Notes under the pieces: model-generated
Databases searched by the model: none
Told to the model about the DNA's origin: nothing
The model's input: only the letters and a program-made list of their open reading frames with translations
Translations under genes and position numbers: made by a program
In this document: piece after piece, positions 40,110-53,210 of the stretch
Layout of the letters: each line of letters starts with the position of its first letter
Numbering within the stretch: position 1 is the stretch's first letter
DNA from: Felis catus
Taxonomy: Eukaryota
Direction of reading: 5' to 3'
Assembly: GCF_018350175.1 (NCBI RefSeq)
Contig: NC_058368.1
Location: forward strand, 123,692,001 to 123,756,000
Length of the DNA stretch: 64,000 nt

Positions 40110-41301
40110 ATTAATACACTCTATCTTTTAAAGCAATTTTAGATTAAAAAAAAAAAAAACTGAGCAGGAACATTCCCTCTCCACAACCACAACCGTTAAT
40201 TTTCCTCCATTATCAATGTCTTTAACTGATGAACCAATACGGATATATTATTATTAACCAAACTCTATAGTTCACATTAGGGTTTCTTTCTGTTGTACAT
40301 TCTATGCGTTTTGATGAACACATAATGACAGGCATCCACCACAAAAACATCATACAGAAGAGTTTCATTGTCCCAAAAACCTTCTGTACACCAATCCCTC
40401 ATCCCTCCTCTGTCCCCACCCCCAAACCCCTTTCAACCAAAGATCATTTTGCTGTCTCCAGAGTTTTTTCAGCATGTCATATAGTTGGAATTATACAGTA
40501 CGTAGCCTTTTCAGATTGGCTTCTTTCATTTCACATTATGCATTTAAGGTTCTTCCATGTCTTTTTATGGCTGGATAGCTCATTTCTTTTTAACACTGTA
40601 TATATTCCATCATATGAACATACCACAGTTTATCCATTCACCTACTGAAGGACATCTCAGTGGCTTCAAAGTTTTGGCAATTATGAATAAAGATCCTGCT
40701 GTAAATACTGTGTGATTTTCTGTGGACATAAAATGTTTAATTCATTTGGATAAATACCTAGAAGCACGACTGTTAGATCATATGATAAGATTATGGTTAC
40801 TTTTCCAAGAAATTGACAAACTGTCTTCCAAAGTGGCTAAAGCATTTTACAATCTCAACAGCAATGACTGAGAACATCTGTTGCTCCACATCCTCACCAG
40901 CAGTTGCTGTTGTGTTTTGAATTTTAACCATTCTAATAGGTGTATAGTGGTATCTCATTGTTTTAAATTGCAATTCCCTAACGAACTAAGATACTGGCCA
41001 TTGTTTCATGTTTATTTGACATCTATATATCTACTTCAGTGAAGTGACTGTCTGTTCAGATCTTTTCCCTACTTTTTGATTGGGCTATTTACTTACATAT
41101 TGTTGAGTTTTAAGAGTTCTTTGTATATTTCAAATAAAGTCCTTCACCAGGTATGTGTTTTATAAATATTTTCCCTCAGTCTTGCTATACTATACACAGA
41201 GCAGAAATTTTTAATTTTAATGAAGCCAAACTTATCCATTATTGACTTCAAGGACCATGCTTTTGGTATTGTTACCTAAAAACTCATTGCCAAATCCAAG
41301 G
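40110..41301 (-). mobile_element. Old L1 (L1MC-like) 3' region
   Basis: Antisense L1 landmarks: gccttttcagattggcttctttca, gttgctccacatcctcaccagca, ttaaccattctaataggtgtatagtggtatctcattg. Confidence 0.9.
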
Positions 41302-41465
41302 TATAAATTTATTTTTAATTACAAAAAAATTTTCAAAGACACAGGGTCATGAGTTCAACCAGTTTCTTAAAACCTAAAAAAAAGTACATAACATCCCCAT
41401 CTATAGTTTTCAAAATACTATTTATGAAAGAAAAAAAATAATGAACTATTAACACAAATGCTTAC

Positions 41466-41554
41466 ATTTTTTTTTAAGTAAACTCCATGCCACACATGGA
41501 GCTTGAACTCATCACCTCGTGCACACTCCCCTGACTCAGCCAGTCAAGCACCCC
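41466..41554 (-). mobile_element. Short Can-SINE, diverged
   Basis: Reverse short-type SINE; TSD caaatgcttaca. Confidence 0.75.
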
Positions 41555-41766
41555 AAATGCTTACACTTTTATCTTAAGTATGTCAGATGATACTTCCATA
41601 ATAAGTCATACTGACATACTCTGCCTTCAGACTCTTTAGTCCATAATGAAAAAAATACAAGTATTGCTGTGCAAATATTTTCATACATTCAGAGATGAAA
41701 AGTTTGCAAAATAAAAATGGTCTGTTTTACAAAAAGGTTGAGAGTTAACATAAAGAAGATAAATTT

Positions 41767-42350
41767 GGGGCACTTGGGTGGCTCGGTCAGTTGAGCATCT
41801 GTCTCTTAATTACAGCTCAAGTCACGACCTCACAGTTTTGAGATCAAGCCCCGTGTTGGACTGTGCACTGAAAGCACGGTCGCTGCTTGGGATTCTCTCT
41901 CCTTCTCTTCCTGCCCCTCTCTCTCTCTGCCTCTCTCTCTGCCCTTCCCCGACTTGTAATCACTCTCTCGCTCACTCTCTCAAAATAAACTGTATAAAAA
42001 AATGTAAAAAAGATAAATTTGACCTTTTTATATATCTTAATATAACTGCATGCTAATGTCATTATATCCATCAAAAATACATTTGTATTTGGCCATTTTG
42101 CCAACTCAGTGTTCACCAAATTAAATTATGTCCCTTTTGGGGCACCTGGGTGGCTCAGTCGCTTAAGCGTCCAACTTTGGCTCAGGTCATGATTTCATGG
42201 TTAGTGGATTTGAGCCCTCCATCGGGCTCTGTGCTGACAGCTCTGAGCCTGGAGCTGCTTCAGATTCTGTGTATCTCCCTCTCTCTCTGACCCTACCCAG
42301 CTTGTGCTCTGTGTCTAGCTCTCTCAAAAACAAATAAACATTTAAATAAA
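41767..42350 (+). mobile_element. Two Can-SINEs (41767-42008 and 42138-42350)
   Basis: Heads ggggcac(t/c)tgggtggctc; TSDs aagataaatttg and ttatgtcc. Confidence 0.92.
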
Positions 42351-43109
42351 AATTTATGTCCTTTCTGCTTGAAAAAGTGAGGGGTGATGAAGAGATCTAA
42401 GTGTGGTGAGAAAACAGAACTCTGAAAGCAATTTATATGGTAAGACAACTTAATTTCTATGGTAAGCAAAATCAACATTTTAATTTCAATATTCTTCTCA
42501 CATATAATTCATTGATGAAATTCATGTAGTAGAAAGAGATTTTAGGGCTTCTCAAAAATCAGGTTTCTCGTCTTGAAATAACATTCAACCCATTTAAGTT
42601 AGAAAATAATGTCCACTAATTTAGTAGAGCTGTGCCCAGCATGTGAAGCAATATAGTTCTTCATCCCTTAACTTTAGCAAAGGCATTCCATAACAATCCC
42701 TGACACTATTTTTAAGATTTTATGAGAAGATATTTTTTCCAATGAATCCCTTAAAAATACATAGCATTTAGGAAAACAACAGTGAAATTCAGTAAGTTTG
42801 GCTACTATGAAACTAAGAGAACTTCAGTTTTCATAATCAGCAGCATATACTCAATATTTATGTAACTTTTCTTACCTTTTAGTACATCCAATATAAATTA
42901 AGATTTATCAAAATATTTTCAAGTGTTCTGTTAAATGGATGTATAATCATTAATATACCAAATTTACACATTACCTCTTTCAAACATAGCATGAAAAGCA
43001 ATCTGCTCCTGGTATACCCTCAACAAGAATGCTATCAGGTCAGTTTTCCAGGAATCCCACTACCCTTGAAGTATTCTCTTAGTAATTTTCCATCTCCTGA
43101 TATTCACAC

Positions 43110-43227
43110 ACTGTCTGCCTCTGTTGTATTCAGAGATGAACTCCATCTCTTGTTCCTATTGCAATAATCTTGAATAAAGTCTTCGTCACCATTTTAATAA
43201 GCATCAGCATTATGTTTTCTTTAATAA
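43110..43227 (+). mobile_element. ERV1 LTR 3' fragment (MER34/MER39-like)
   Basis: ctgttgtattcagagatgaactcc...tgaataaagtcttc...ttttctttaata resembles the recalled LTR end. Confidence 0.6.
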
Positions 43228-43394
43228 TAGAAATCTTGTAAGGGACAAAACATCAAATTCCTCAGTAAACGTTACTTGGGAGACTGAAAGAAAAGGAAAA
43301 CCTAAAACTTCTTAAGATTACTCTTTATCAACCAACATCTGAGTGCAGAATTGTGTTCAAGACACCAAGTCCATAGAGTTAAAGATAGAAAGAT

Positions 43395-44165
43395 GTGTCT
43401 ATAACAAAGAATTTGGCCTTTGTCTCTGGCTCTTAAGAAAAGACTAAATTCCTGGGATTTCCTAAGTCACAGGAGTATCTTTGTTATTCATGAACCTGTT
43501 AGATCACACCTGAGTTTATGCTGACAAGATGACTCACAGTAGGGTCCTGGTCACCAGAAAGATCAACCAAGTGATCAGAGGGATGGAGCTTAGAGCCCTA
43601 AGGAAGCCAAAGGGACTGGAGATTGAGGCTTAATCAGATGGCCGATGATTCAGTAAATCATACCTAATCAAATATGAATGAAATAAATGAAACCCCGAAA
43701 CCCCAATAAAAACACCAGACAGTTGAAGCTTGATGAATCCATCAGAGCGCTAGAAGGGCAACAAGCCTTGATTCCACTGGGAGAGGGCAGCGAAGTTCTG
43801 CATTCAGGCTTCCCCTAACCCCATTTCTTGAGGGTTAAGGGAACCTCAAGGGTTCCCTCAAGGGAAATTGAGGTCCTGGGAACCTCCAAATTTGTAGTAG
43901 ATTGATGAGAAGTATAGGTGGCCTGGAGACCCCCAAACTTGTGACTGCTATCTCAAGTGAGGGCAGTCTTGTAGGGGTAGGAAGTCATGGAAATCCTCTA
44001 GATTTGTAGCCAGTTGGTTAGAAGTGTGGGTGACCTGTGGACCCTCAAACTTACATCTGACAACTAAAGTAAGGACAGTCTTTTTGGAGACTATGACCTT
44101 AAACTAGTGGAATCTAATGCCAATTCTGGGTGGTTACCGTCAGAATTGGATTATAGTATACCGCT
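43395..44165. mobile_element. MER21-like LTR
   Basis: aagaatttggcctttgtctctggct, atctttgttattcatga, cacacctgagtttatgct, gtcagaattg motifs. Confidence 0.82.
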
Positions 44166-44304
44166 ACATGCAAGACAAAATTTCTGTCTTTAAGGAGATA
44201 TGGGTTTATCAGTAAATCCACTCAAGTCCACAGACAACCCAACAAGGACAAGGAGTGGAATTTTTATTTTGATTTATTATGCATCTTCAAAATATCATTA
44301 TTTA

Positions 44305-44513
44305 GGGGCATCTGAGTGGCTCAGTTGGTTAAGCGTCCAACTTCGGCTCAGGTCATGATCTCACAATTCATGAGTTTGAGCCCACATCAGATTCTGGGCT
44401 GAGAGTTCAGAGCCTGGAGCCTACTTCAGATTCTATATCTCCCTCTCTCTCTGTCCCTCCCCCGCTCACACTCTCTCTCCCTCAAAAATAAACATTAAAA
44501 GGAATATTTTTTT
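44305..44513 (+). mobile_element. Can-SINE
   Basis: Perfect TSD aaatatcattattta. Confidence 0.95.
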
Positions 44514-44711
44514 AAATATCATTATTTAAATCTTTTCTTTTGGTACTTTCTTGGAGACAGACTAAACTAAACCCACAAACTGAACAGTTAAGCTTCTGGA
44601 AAAACTGTGAAAATGGGTATACAGTTCAGACAGTTAAGCTTCATGTTTATCAAAATGAAAATGGGAAACTTTCTAGTGGGTTTTAAAATTACTAAATTTA
44701 AAAAAATTTCT

Positions 44712-44938
44712 TTTTTTTTTTTTTAATTTTTTTTTCAACGTTTATTTATTTTTGGGACAGAGACAGACAGAGCATGAACGGGCGAGGGGCAGACAGAGAG
44801 GGAGACACAGAATCAGAAACAGGCTCCAGGCTCTGAGCCATCAGCCCAGAGCCCGACGCGGGGCTCGAACTCACGGACCGCGAGATCGTGACCTGGCTGA
44901 AGTCAGACGCTTAACCGACTGCGCCACCCAGGCGCCCC
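44712..44938 (-). mobile_element. Young SINEC_Fc-type SINE
   Basis: CpG-rich; perfect 17-nt TSD aatttaaaaaaatttct. Confidence 0.97.
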
Positions 44939-45506
44939 AATTTAAAAAAATTTCTAAATAGCCTTATTTGAAAAATTATATGTGTTCATGGGAGGAAATA
45001 AAATAGGAAATATGAGAGATAAAATGAAATAATCTCATATACTAATAATCTCACTATTCAGAAAGAACCATTACCACTCTTCTGTATCTCCTTCCCACTT
45101 AATATATTAAAGAGATCTTTCTAGTATATTAAAGAGATCTTTCTAGTATCAAAAATTATAAAATGTATGGATATTACAGTATTTCATCACTGGGGTAAAT
45201 CATAAACAGTCTCCTAAAGCTGAACTAATTTATTTCCAATTTTCTACTACAAAAAAATAATGTTGTAATAAACATTCTTGTAACTAATTCTCTGCAAGAA
45301 ACTGGTACTATTTCCTTAGGGTAAACTATTTGAAACATAATTTCTAGGTCTAATCGTATATTCATCTAACATGAATTTATACTCCTACCCACTTTTGGAT
45401 ATGAGAATACTTGTTTTATACACTTGACAAGCTAGGGAAAGATTTTACCTTTGCCAATGTAACAGGCCAAACCATTTTATCAGTGTTGCTTTAAAATGAA
45501 TTCCTT

Positions 45507-45730
45507 TGGGGCACCCAGGTGGCTCAGTCAGTTAAGCGTCTGACTCACGATTGTGGATCAGGTCACGATCTCACATTTTCATGAATTTGAGCCCCTCCTC
45601 GGGATCTGCATGCTGACTGCACAGAACCTGCTTGGGATTCTGTCTCCTTTTCTCATTGCCCCTCCCCTACTCACACTCTCTCTGTCTCTCTCAAAATAAA
45701 TACACTTTAAAAAAATAAATAAAATTAAGT
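45507..45730 (+). mobile_element. Can-SINE within an old antisense L1 fragment
   Basis: TSD taaaatgaa(t/c)tcctttg. Confidence 0.92.
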
Positions 45731-48580
45731 TAAAATGAACTCCTTTGATTTTTTTAAAAAATCACATCTTTTTAAAAATATTTTTTGGCAATTTTTGTCT
45801 TCCACTGACAACTTTCTGTTCATGCCCTTTGCTCACTTTACTTTAGGGCATTCATCTGTTCCTCACTAATTTATAAGAAAATTTATATATCAACAGTCTA
45901 AGCCTTTTTCACATATATCCAAATATACCCATAGTTGGTCATGATGCAGTTGACATCACTGTGAATAATATACAGTGTCTCTTTAGGAGTTTTTATAAGC
46001 TGGCCACAGAAAATAGTCTATACCATTACTTTAGGCTAAACATTTTTACTACAAGGTTATACCATGGAGCAATAAAGACCTAAAAAAAAGTTTCAACCAG
46101 AAAAAAAAAAAAAAAAGACTTAAAAAAAGCAACTACTCACACTCACTATTCAAGTCAATGTAAAATAACCCATTAAACACAGACAACAGTTTTCTATTCC
46201 CAAACTGTATACATTTTAAACTCTACAAAAAGTATACTAATTCATTGCAACACAGGGATTTGGGATTTAACACTTACTTTATCATTACTATCATTACTCT
46301 GAAAGTTTGCATGAAAATTCAGGATTTTACTGTTTTCTAGAAATGTAAAAATTTATGAAAGTAATGTATGAAGAATTACAGAGGGAGAAGATAAACCTAC
46401 TTGAAGTCAAAAGGAGAGGAAAAAAAAAAAAAAACAATGTCAAATAAAAAGTGGATTCTTAAAACCCAAAAAGAAACCTTAAGACCAAAAACATAGAAAT
46501 CTATAATTTTCTGAATGTTGCATCTTTTTTGATTAGCTGATAAAAAGTACAGAGTGCATTTTTTAAAAAGATTATAGACCTCAAATTGTAGAATAAAGTC
46601 ACTGTTTAAAATCTTAGTACTCATCCAATTATAAAGTATGTATGCATATTAAGTTACATCAAACACAAACCACTTTACAGAAAATAAAATTGTCTTCTAT
46701 ACCAGGTCACTTCACTCAATAGCAACCTTATGCGAATTAGTATTGAAGAACCCAAGGATTCCTATCTAAGTCTTTTCCTGTTGTTTTTTAAAAATTTAGC
46801 TTTATTGCTATTAAATTAAAAGGTGCTTGATATTTATTAATAACTCAAAAAATTTTATTAAACTAGTAAAAAAAAAAAAAAAAACAAGGAACAAAACAGA
46901 ATTTCCAATGTGTTCATAATGACCTAAAAAAATGTCCAACTAAAGGAAATAACATCAAAATATTAACTGTCTTCAGGTGGCAGAACTAAGGGTGATTTCT
47001 TTTTCCTTTATATAACAGATTTTCTTAAACTCAGAAATGAGTATCTATTATTTATATAACTAACCTTTGTAAAGAAACAGATAAAATGTACCAAGTCAAA
47101 CAACTAAAAGTAACTTCCTGATAGTCAAGCAATTATCTCCTCAAGTAAAGGGATAGTTTTTAAAAACTTTATCTGGTTATAGCTGCTCAAAATAACAGCT
47201 GCAATAAACACCCTGCACTTCATACAAAGTACAGTTACGGTAAGACAGTACAGTCTATTTTCATCTAAGTAGCAATACTATACGCTTTGCTGCACAATGT
47301 TTCAAAAGCTTGAAGCCTAAAATAAACCTTACCAATTATGATGGAAATTACTTTTTAGGGAAAAATTAATTATTTCCCTAAAGTAAATCCCAGATTTTTC
47401 TCCTCTTTTAATCCTATGAAAGTACTTACAATCAAATTAGAATGTGTAGACAATAAAAGGAAATATTTAATATATCTTGATACATTACAAAAACCCGGTA
47501 CCCTTTACCTTCCACAATAAAGTACTAAAGACCATCCAAAAACAAACAAAACAACACAAAAATCTGCTAGTGAAAAAGAAAAAAAAGAACTCAGGTATGA
47601 AATGGAAAACCAAAGAAGTAGTCAGGTTATTATTCTTAGCCATCAGGGCAAAATAGGGAAAGAAAGCTAGCCAGTCTTATGAAGGAAACAAGCCTGCGAG
47701 GTCTGCTAAGACAAAGTTTTTAAGTCAGCCATCTGGGGAAGCCAACTGCCAAAAGACAACTGGTCAAAAGGAGAAATACACCAGGAACTGCTGCACTCCC
47801 AAGACACTCAATGAGTAAATCTTGCTCCTTCTCTTCTATTTCCAAGTCACATAAAGAGAAACAGCAAAGGGCAAGATTCAGGAATCACAGCCAAGGATAA
47901 AAAAAGTAATCATGAAAAAAATAAATAAATAAAAGACAGTAATCACAAAATCTCATTGGTCAATCCTAACCCTAATTTGTGAACCTTAACCTAGAAGGAA
48001 AGTTTCCAGTTATTTGAAAAAATTAAAACCAAAATTATCCTATAAACCGATAAACTATCTAGGTCAATACTATTTTTAAAATAGTAAGTTTTAATGTATT
48101 CCGAGGATTTTATTTTGCATATGTATTGATATTCTTTGTGCTGAAGTATTTTCTCAATTTTAATAAATAAATCTATCTCCTTTTTATAGCTTCAATTTTC
48201 ATTTAAAATAGGATAAAATAAGCATCATCTTAGTTATAGCTCTGCCATAAAACAGCTTACTTGGCTTAAGCAAGTTTCTGGGCCTAAGTTTCTTCCCTGA
48301 TGTACTGAAAGGGGTTGGTCCAAATGACTTAAATGAACCCTTCCACTGTAAAATAATCATTCTCTAATTCTTCAGGATGACATCAAGTTGTTTTGGGTAA
48401 CATCCCCCTGAAACTGAAGTAACAATGTCTCTAGGTTAAAACAGTGGGTATCCTCCTCAGTCATTCACCATATCAACACTGGTGAAGACAGTGCTACAGA
48501 TTTACTCCCACCCCAACTCCATCACCTCATCCAACCTCCGCACAACATACCCATCACTACCTACTTATTAATTTACTTAC

Positions 48581-48735
48581 AGAGGAAATGGGTAAACCAA
48601 GCCCCACTATGTTGAGGACAGTGGATGTGACGGTACTGTCATGGTACGGATACTGGATGCTGTTGTCTTTACAGAAAAAGCCTCTCTGAAATGGATATAT
48701 TTGGCCCAAATTTAGAACAGCCATAGGCATGGAAG
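48581..48735 (-). CDS. PLPP1: PLPP1 alternative exon 2, upstream copy (155 nt), (A)SMPMAVLNLGQIYPFQRGFFCKDNSIQYPYHDSTVTSTVLNIVGLGLPISS
   Basis: Acceptor ttccccaacag, donor gtaagt; phase 1 to 0; matches the known alternative LPP1a/alpha-2 isoform segment. Confidence 0.96.
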
Positions 48736-49989
48736 CTGTTGGGGAAGGGAAAAAAAGACACACATGGTTAAATTCAGTTCACTTCATTAGGAAGTAAAGT
48801 CTACTGAATGGGATGCAAATCTTAACCATATTTGGTACTTTTTGAAAAGGATCAATATTCCAAAATACCCAAGAGTGAAGATTAAGGAAACCATGCAGCA
48901 TTAGCTTGTCCATAATCAGCCCCACCTTTATCAAGTATAAATTCTCTTACTTGCGTTGACCTCTGATTTTAAAAACATACAATAAAGAAATCCCCATGGA
49001 ATTGGCCCATGGAAAAATAAAGTTGAAAAAACAAGAAGGATTTATATTTTACATTTTGTAATTAATTTATTTTTAATTGACTTGTTCAGTATCTTAAATA
49101 TGTTTAAGAAAAAAAAGGGAAAACTTTGTGAATACATTAATTTTGAGCAATATCATAACAGCCAAAAATAGTCAAGGAGGGGAAAGAAAGAAAATAGAAA
49201 CCATAAGTACATCTGATAATAAAAACTGAGAGAAACTAGTCTTTCAGTCTTTATCCTCAAGATAAATTTAAAATGATTTTTATTAGCCCTGGCAAGGCTC
49301 CAAATCACTTTACTAAGTTATACAGGAAAAATGAAATTTTCACCCAAATAAAATGAGACCAAAGTTAAATAAGTTAGTAGCTTTGTAATAGGCTCAAGTT
49401 CACCATGTTTTTATGCTTTGTTTCATATAATTCAAACAGTCAAGCATTTACTCACTACTAGCTCAGTACTAGCCTAGGCCATACAGAGAGACACAAACTA
49501 GTATAAAACAGACCCTGGGTTCAAGAGCCTAAACTACGTGTAGACACAGAATATACACTAGAGGAAATGGTTTAAAAAGTAATACCAAGATAAACTTTTA
49601 GAGGGTGATGAAACTGTTCTGTATCTTAAATGTGATGGTTATCCATAACTCTAAGCATTCGCCAAGACTCACAGAATGTACGACAAAAAATGAATCTTAC
49701 TGTTTGCAAATTTACAAAGAAATACCATAAAAAGAAAGTATGGCTAATTTCTTAAATGGTATAAAAGGTCCTATAGGAATTCAGAGGTCAACGTGAACCA
49801 AAATAATTAGAAAAGACGATTTTTTAAAAAAGCAACTGAATTGAACTTGTAACAGCAGGTAAACTATAGGCAATAGGGAGGGGCTCAAGGAGAGCATTTC
49901 GTGGTATAAGGAAGCATGCGTAGCAGGAGGTTGCACTAACAACAGCAGACAGGGAATGAGCAAGGGGTTTTTCAAGGTATATAACATTT

Positions 49990-50200
49990 TATAGCCAACA
50001 TGTATTACATGCTCACACATGACAGGCACTATGCTATGCAGAGTAACTCCATCCTTACCTACAACCCTGTAGGTAATACCACTTCTCCCATTTTTCACAC
50101 AAAGTTATTATGAGGCTTAGACAAATGCAGACCTTGCTGAAACTAATAAATAGTCGAACCAGGATTCCAACACAGGCTGATTCCAGAGTCAATGTATATA
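49990..50200. mobile_element. MIR SINE
   Basis: caggcactatgcta...acaaccctgtaggta...cccattttt...gaaccaggattccaacacagg core. Confidence 0.75.
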
Positions 50201-51593
50201 TGGCCTCCCAAGGAGGCCAGTGATCTGGATAAATTAAGAGATTAGAACTGCGAAAAGAACGCAAGACCGGGAGGCAGGAGACGTGTTGTCTGGAAAAGCT
50301 TGTTCAGTATAAAATACTTATTATGTTCATAAAAAAACTCAAAGTGAATGGAATAAAATGTTCTCTGCTACAGATTACTCTTAATTCTTCAATTATGGGT
50401 GTTTTTTTGGGGGATAAACAGTGCTTGAGATTATTGTGTTTAATAGAAAGAATTAAGCATTTAAAATATTGGCCTAAAAAAGGACTTTTCCTATAGGAAG
50501 TAAAATATCACTGTGATCTTTGTTCAGACAGGATCAGCAACAGGGTAAGATAAAGGATGTGAGAAATTCACTTAAAAAAAAAAAAAAGTAGAAAGGTGAC
50601 CATTTCATACAGCTTTGAAACAATCCAGGAACTAACTGATAAGTAGTGTGTTGACAGTGAAAATAGAGAAGGATGCATGAAAGAGTGTTGTGAATATAGA
50701 AATGACTCAACTTCACGCCTAGTCACAATTACTGAGGCAGACTTGAAGGTGAACTTCAGGGTTTGGAAATAAAATGGTGGTCCCACGGACAGACATGTGA
50801 AGTTAGGAGTGGAAGGTGGTTTATGATGGAACAAAATTAGTTTAGTATTATTGAGAATATTGCCTTTGGGGTAATCTGGTAACTTCTTAGCCTGGCCTCA
50901 TCTTTCACTCTTCCCCATGTAGCCCTTAAGACTCCAATCACACTGAACCATTTGCTGTTACCTGAACATACTATGTTTTCAGAACCCTAGGTGCCTTCAT
51001 ATATGTTCATCCTTCTAATGGGGATACTTGCTCTCTCATTTCCCCTTCAGTCCAAGGCAGGCATGCCTTACTTATCTGTCCCATGGCACCTTATAGACTC
51101 ATCTATCACACTGTATTATATATTGCTTCTGACATTCTGTCAGCAACTTCAAGGCAAAGACGCTATCATTCTCGTATTCTTTGCACCAGGCACACACACA
51201 GTTGGCTCTAAATGACAAGACACTAAATGGCTAAATGAATAATGGATAACAATCAGAAGTAGGGAGAAATATGCAAGTTATTGGCATTAGAAGTGGTAAC
51301 TTAAGCCAGGGGAATCAAACAGTTCAGAAACAGCCAAAATCAAAACTAACAGAGATAAAACAATCAGCTAATGACTAATATCCATAGTGAAATCATGAAC
51401 AGAGACTGTAGGAGAGAAAGGAAGAAAAGATGATTCCATGCTCTAGAGGGCAGGGGCTGTGTCTGTTTCATTCAGCAGCACACACTGGCCATTCTTGGCA
51501 AAGAATGAACAACAGAGAAATAGGGCAATGTTGTGATACAAAAGCCAACAGAGGTAAGAGTATCAAGCCTGTATCTAGAAAGGTAAAATGTCA

Positions 51594-51819
51594 GGGGCGC
51601 CTGGGTGGCGCAGTCGGTTAAGCGTCCGACTTCAGCCAGGTCACGATCTCGCGGTCCGGGAGTTCGAGCCCCGCATCGGGCTCTGGGCTGATGGCTCAGA
51701 GCCTGGAGCCTGTTTCCGATTCTGTGTCTCCCTCTCTCTCTGCCCCTCCCCCGTTCATGCTCTGTCTCTCTCTGTCCCAAAAATAAATAAACGTTGAAAA
51801 AAAAAATTAAAAAAAAAAA
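51594..51819 (+). mobile_element. Young SINEC_Fc-type SINE
   Basis: CpG-rich; perfect 17-nt TSD agaaaggtaaaatgtca. Confidence 0.97.
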
Positions 51820-52099
51820 AGAAAGGTAAAATGTCAAATACTGAGACATTAAGGAGAGTGAGAACTGAGTAGTCTATGAGGTCTGAGTAAAAAGGGTATC
51901 TCAGGTAACCACCCTTTTATGATAATATTATACCACCTGCAATAACACTCCAATATCTTTACGAAGAATCTTCAATAATGAGCTTCAATACTGGACTGTC
52001 ACTGTCTAAGCATGAATCTCTTTCTTCAGGTTAAATATATCACAATTATTATCTCTACTGCTCATATATTTTATATATACACATGTGTAGAAGCACATC

Positions 52100-52711
52100 C
52101 CTATGAACTGAATTCAGTGCCCCAAAGAATTCTTATGTTGGAGCTCTAACCCCCAATTTTATCATACTTGGAGGTAGGTCTTTTAGGAGGTAATTAGGGT
52201 TGAATGAGGTCATAAATCCAATGACTTAATCCAACAGGACTGGTCTTATAAGAAGAGGAAAAGATAGGGGGTGTCTGGACGGCTCAGTTGGTTAATCGTC
52301 TGACTCCTGATTTTGGCTCAGGTCATGATCTCATGGTTCATGGGTTAGAGCCCCATATTGGGCTCTGTGCTAACAGTGCAGAGCCTGCTTGGGATTCTCT
52401 CTCCCTCCTCTACTCATGCTCTCTTTCAAGATCTCAAAATAACTAAAACTTTAAAAAAAACATTTTAGTTAAAAGAAGAGGAAAAAAGAGAGATCTCTCT
52501 CTCTCAGTGTGCATGCCTGAGGAAAGGCCATGAGGGGACACAACAAAAAGGTGTCCATCTATAAGCCAGAAAGAGAGTACTCACCTGAACCCAACCATGA
52601 TGGCATCCTGATCTTACAATTCCAGCCTCCAGAAATATGAGAAAATAAATTTGTTGTTTAAGCCACCATATCTTTGGCATTTTGTTACAGCTGACCAAGC
52701 AGACTAAGGCA
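52100..52711 (+). mobile_element. MLT1A-like MaLR LTR interrupted by a Can-SINE (52267-52470)
   Basis: tatgaactgaatt...ctaacccccaa...ttccagcctccagaaatatgagaaaataaatttgttgtttaagccacc...agcagactaag; SINE TSD aagaagaggaaaa. Confidence 0.88.
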
Positions 52712-52724
52712 GGCACACGCATGC

Positions 52725-52736
52725 ACACACGCACAC

Positions 52737-52782
<46 letters not shown>
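52725..52782. repeat. (CA)n microsatellite with CG interruptions
   Basis: Direct reading. Confidence 0.95.
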
Positions 52783-52783
<1 letters not shown>

Positions 52784-52934
52784 ATAGCATATCTATCCCC
52801 CTAAACAGACACCTCTATTTAAAAAGCAATGGAATATTCTCTGCCATAGAGATAATTTTCAATAATATTTTAGGATAGTAATGGAGAATACTGTGTTCAA
52901 GTTAGTGTTATAGGAAGATGCTTCTCTAAATAAA

Positions 52935-53210
52935 CCCTCTCCTGTGTCTCCTCCTCTCTCTGACCCTCCCTACTCATGCTCTTTCTCTCTCTTAAAAATA
53001 AAATAAACATTAAAAAAAAGAGGGGGTGCCTGGGTGGCTCAGTTGGTTAAGCATCTGACTTCAGCTCAGGTCATTATCTTGCAACTTGTGGGTTCGAGCC
53101 TGGAGCCTACATTGGATTGTATGACTCCCTCTCTCTCTGTCCCTCCCCCACTCACACTCGGTCTCTGTCTCTGTCTCTGTCTCTCTCAAAAATAAATAAA
53201 CATTAAAAAA
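52935..53210 (+). mobile_element. Truncated Can-SINE followed by an internally deleted Can-SINE
   Basis: CT tract and tail at 52935-53020; second head at 53022 with a deletion between gagcc repeats. Confidence 0.85.

Noticed and set aside
47348..47386. Inverted repeat tttagggaaa...tttccctaaa
   Set aside because: 10-bp AT-rich stem, too short for a pre-miRNA and without other support
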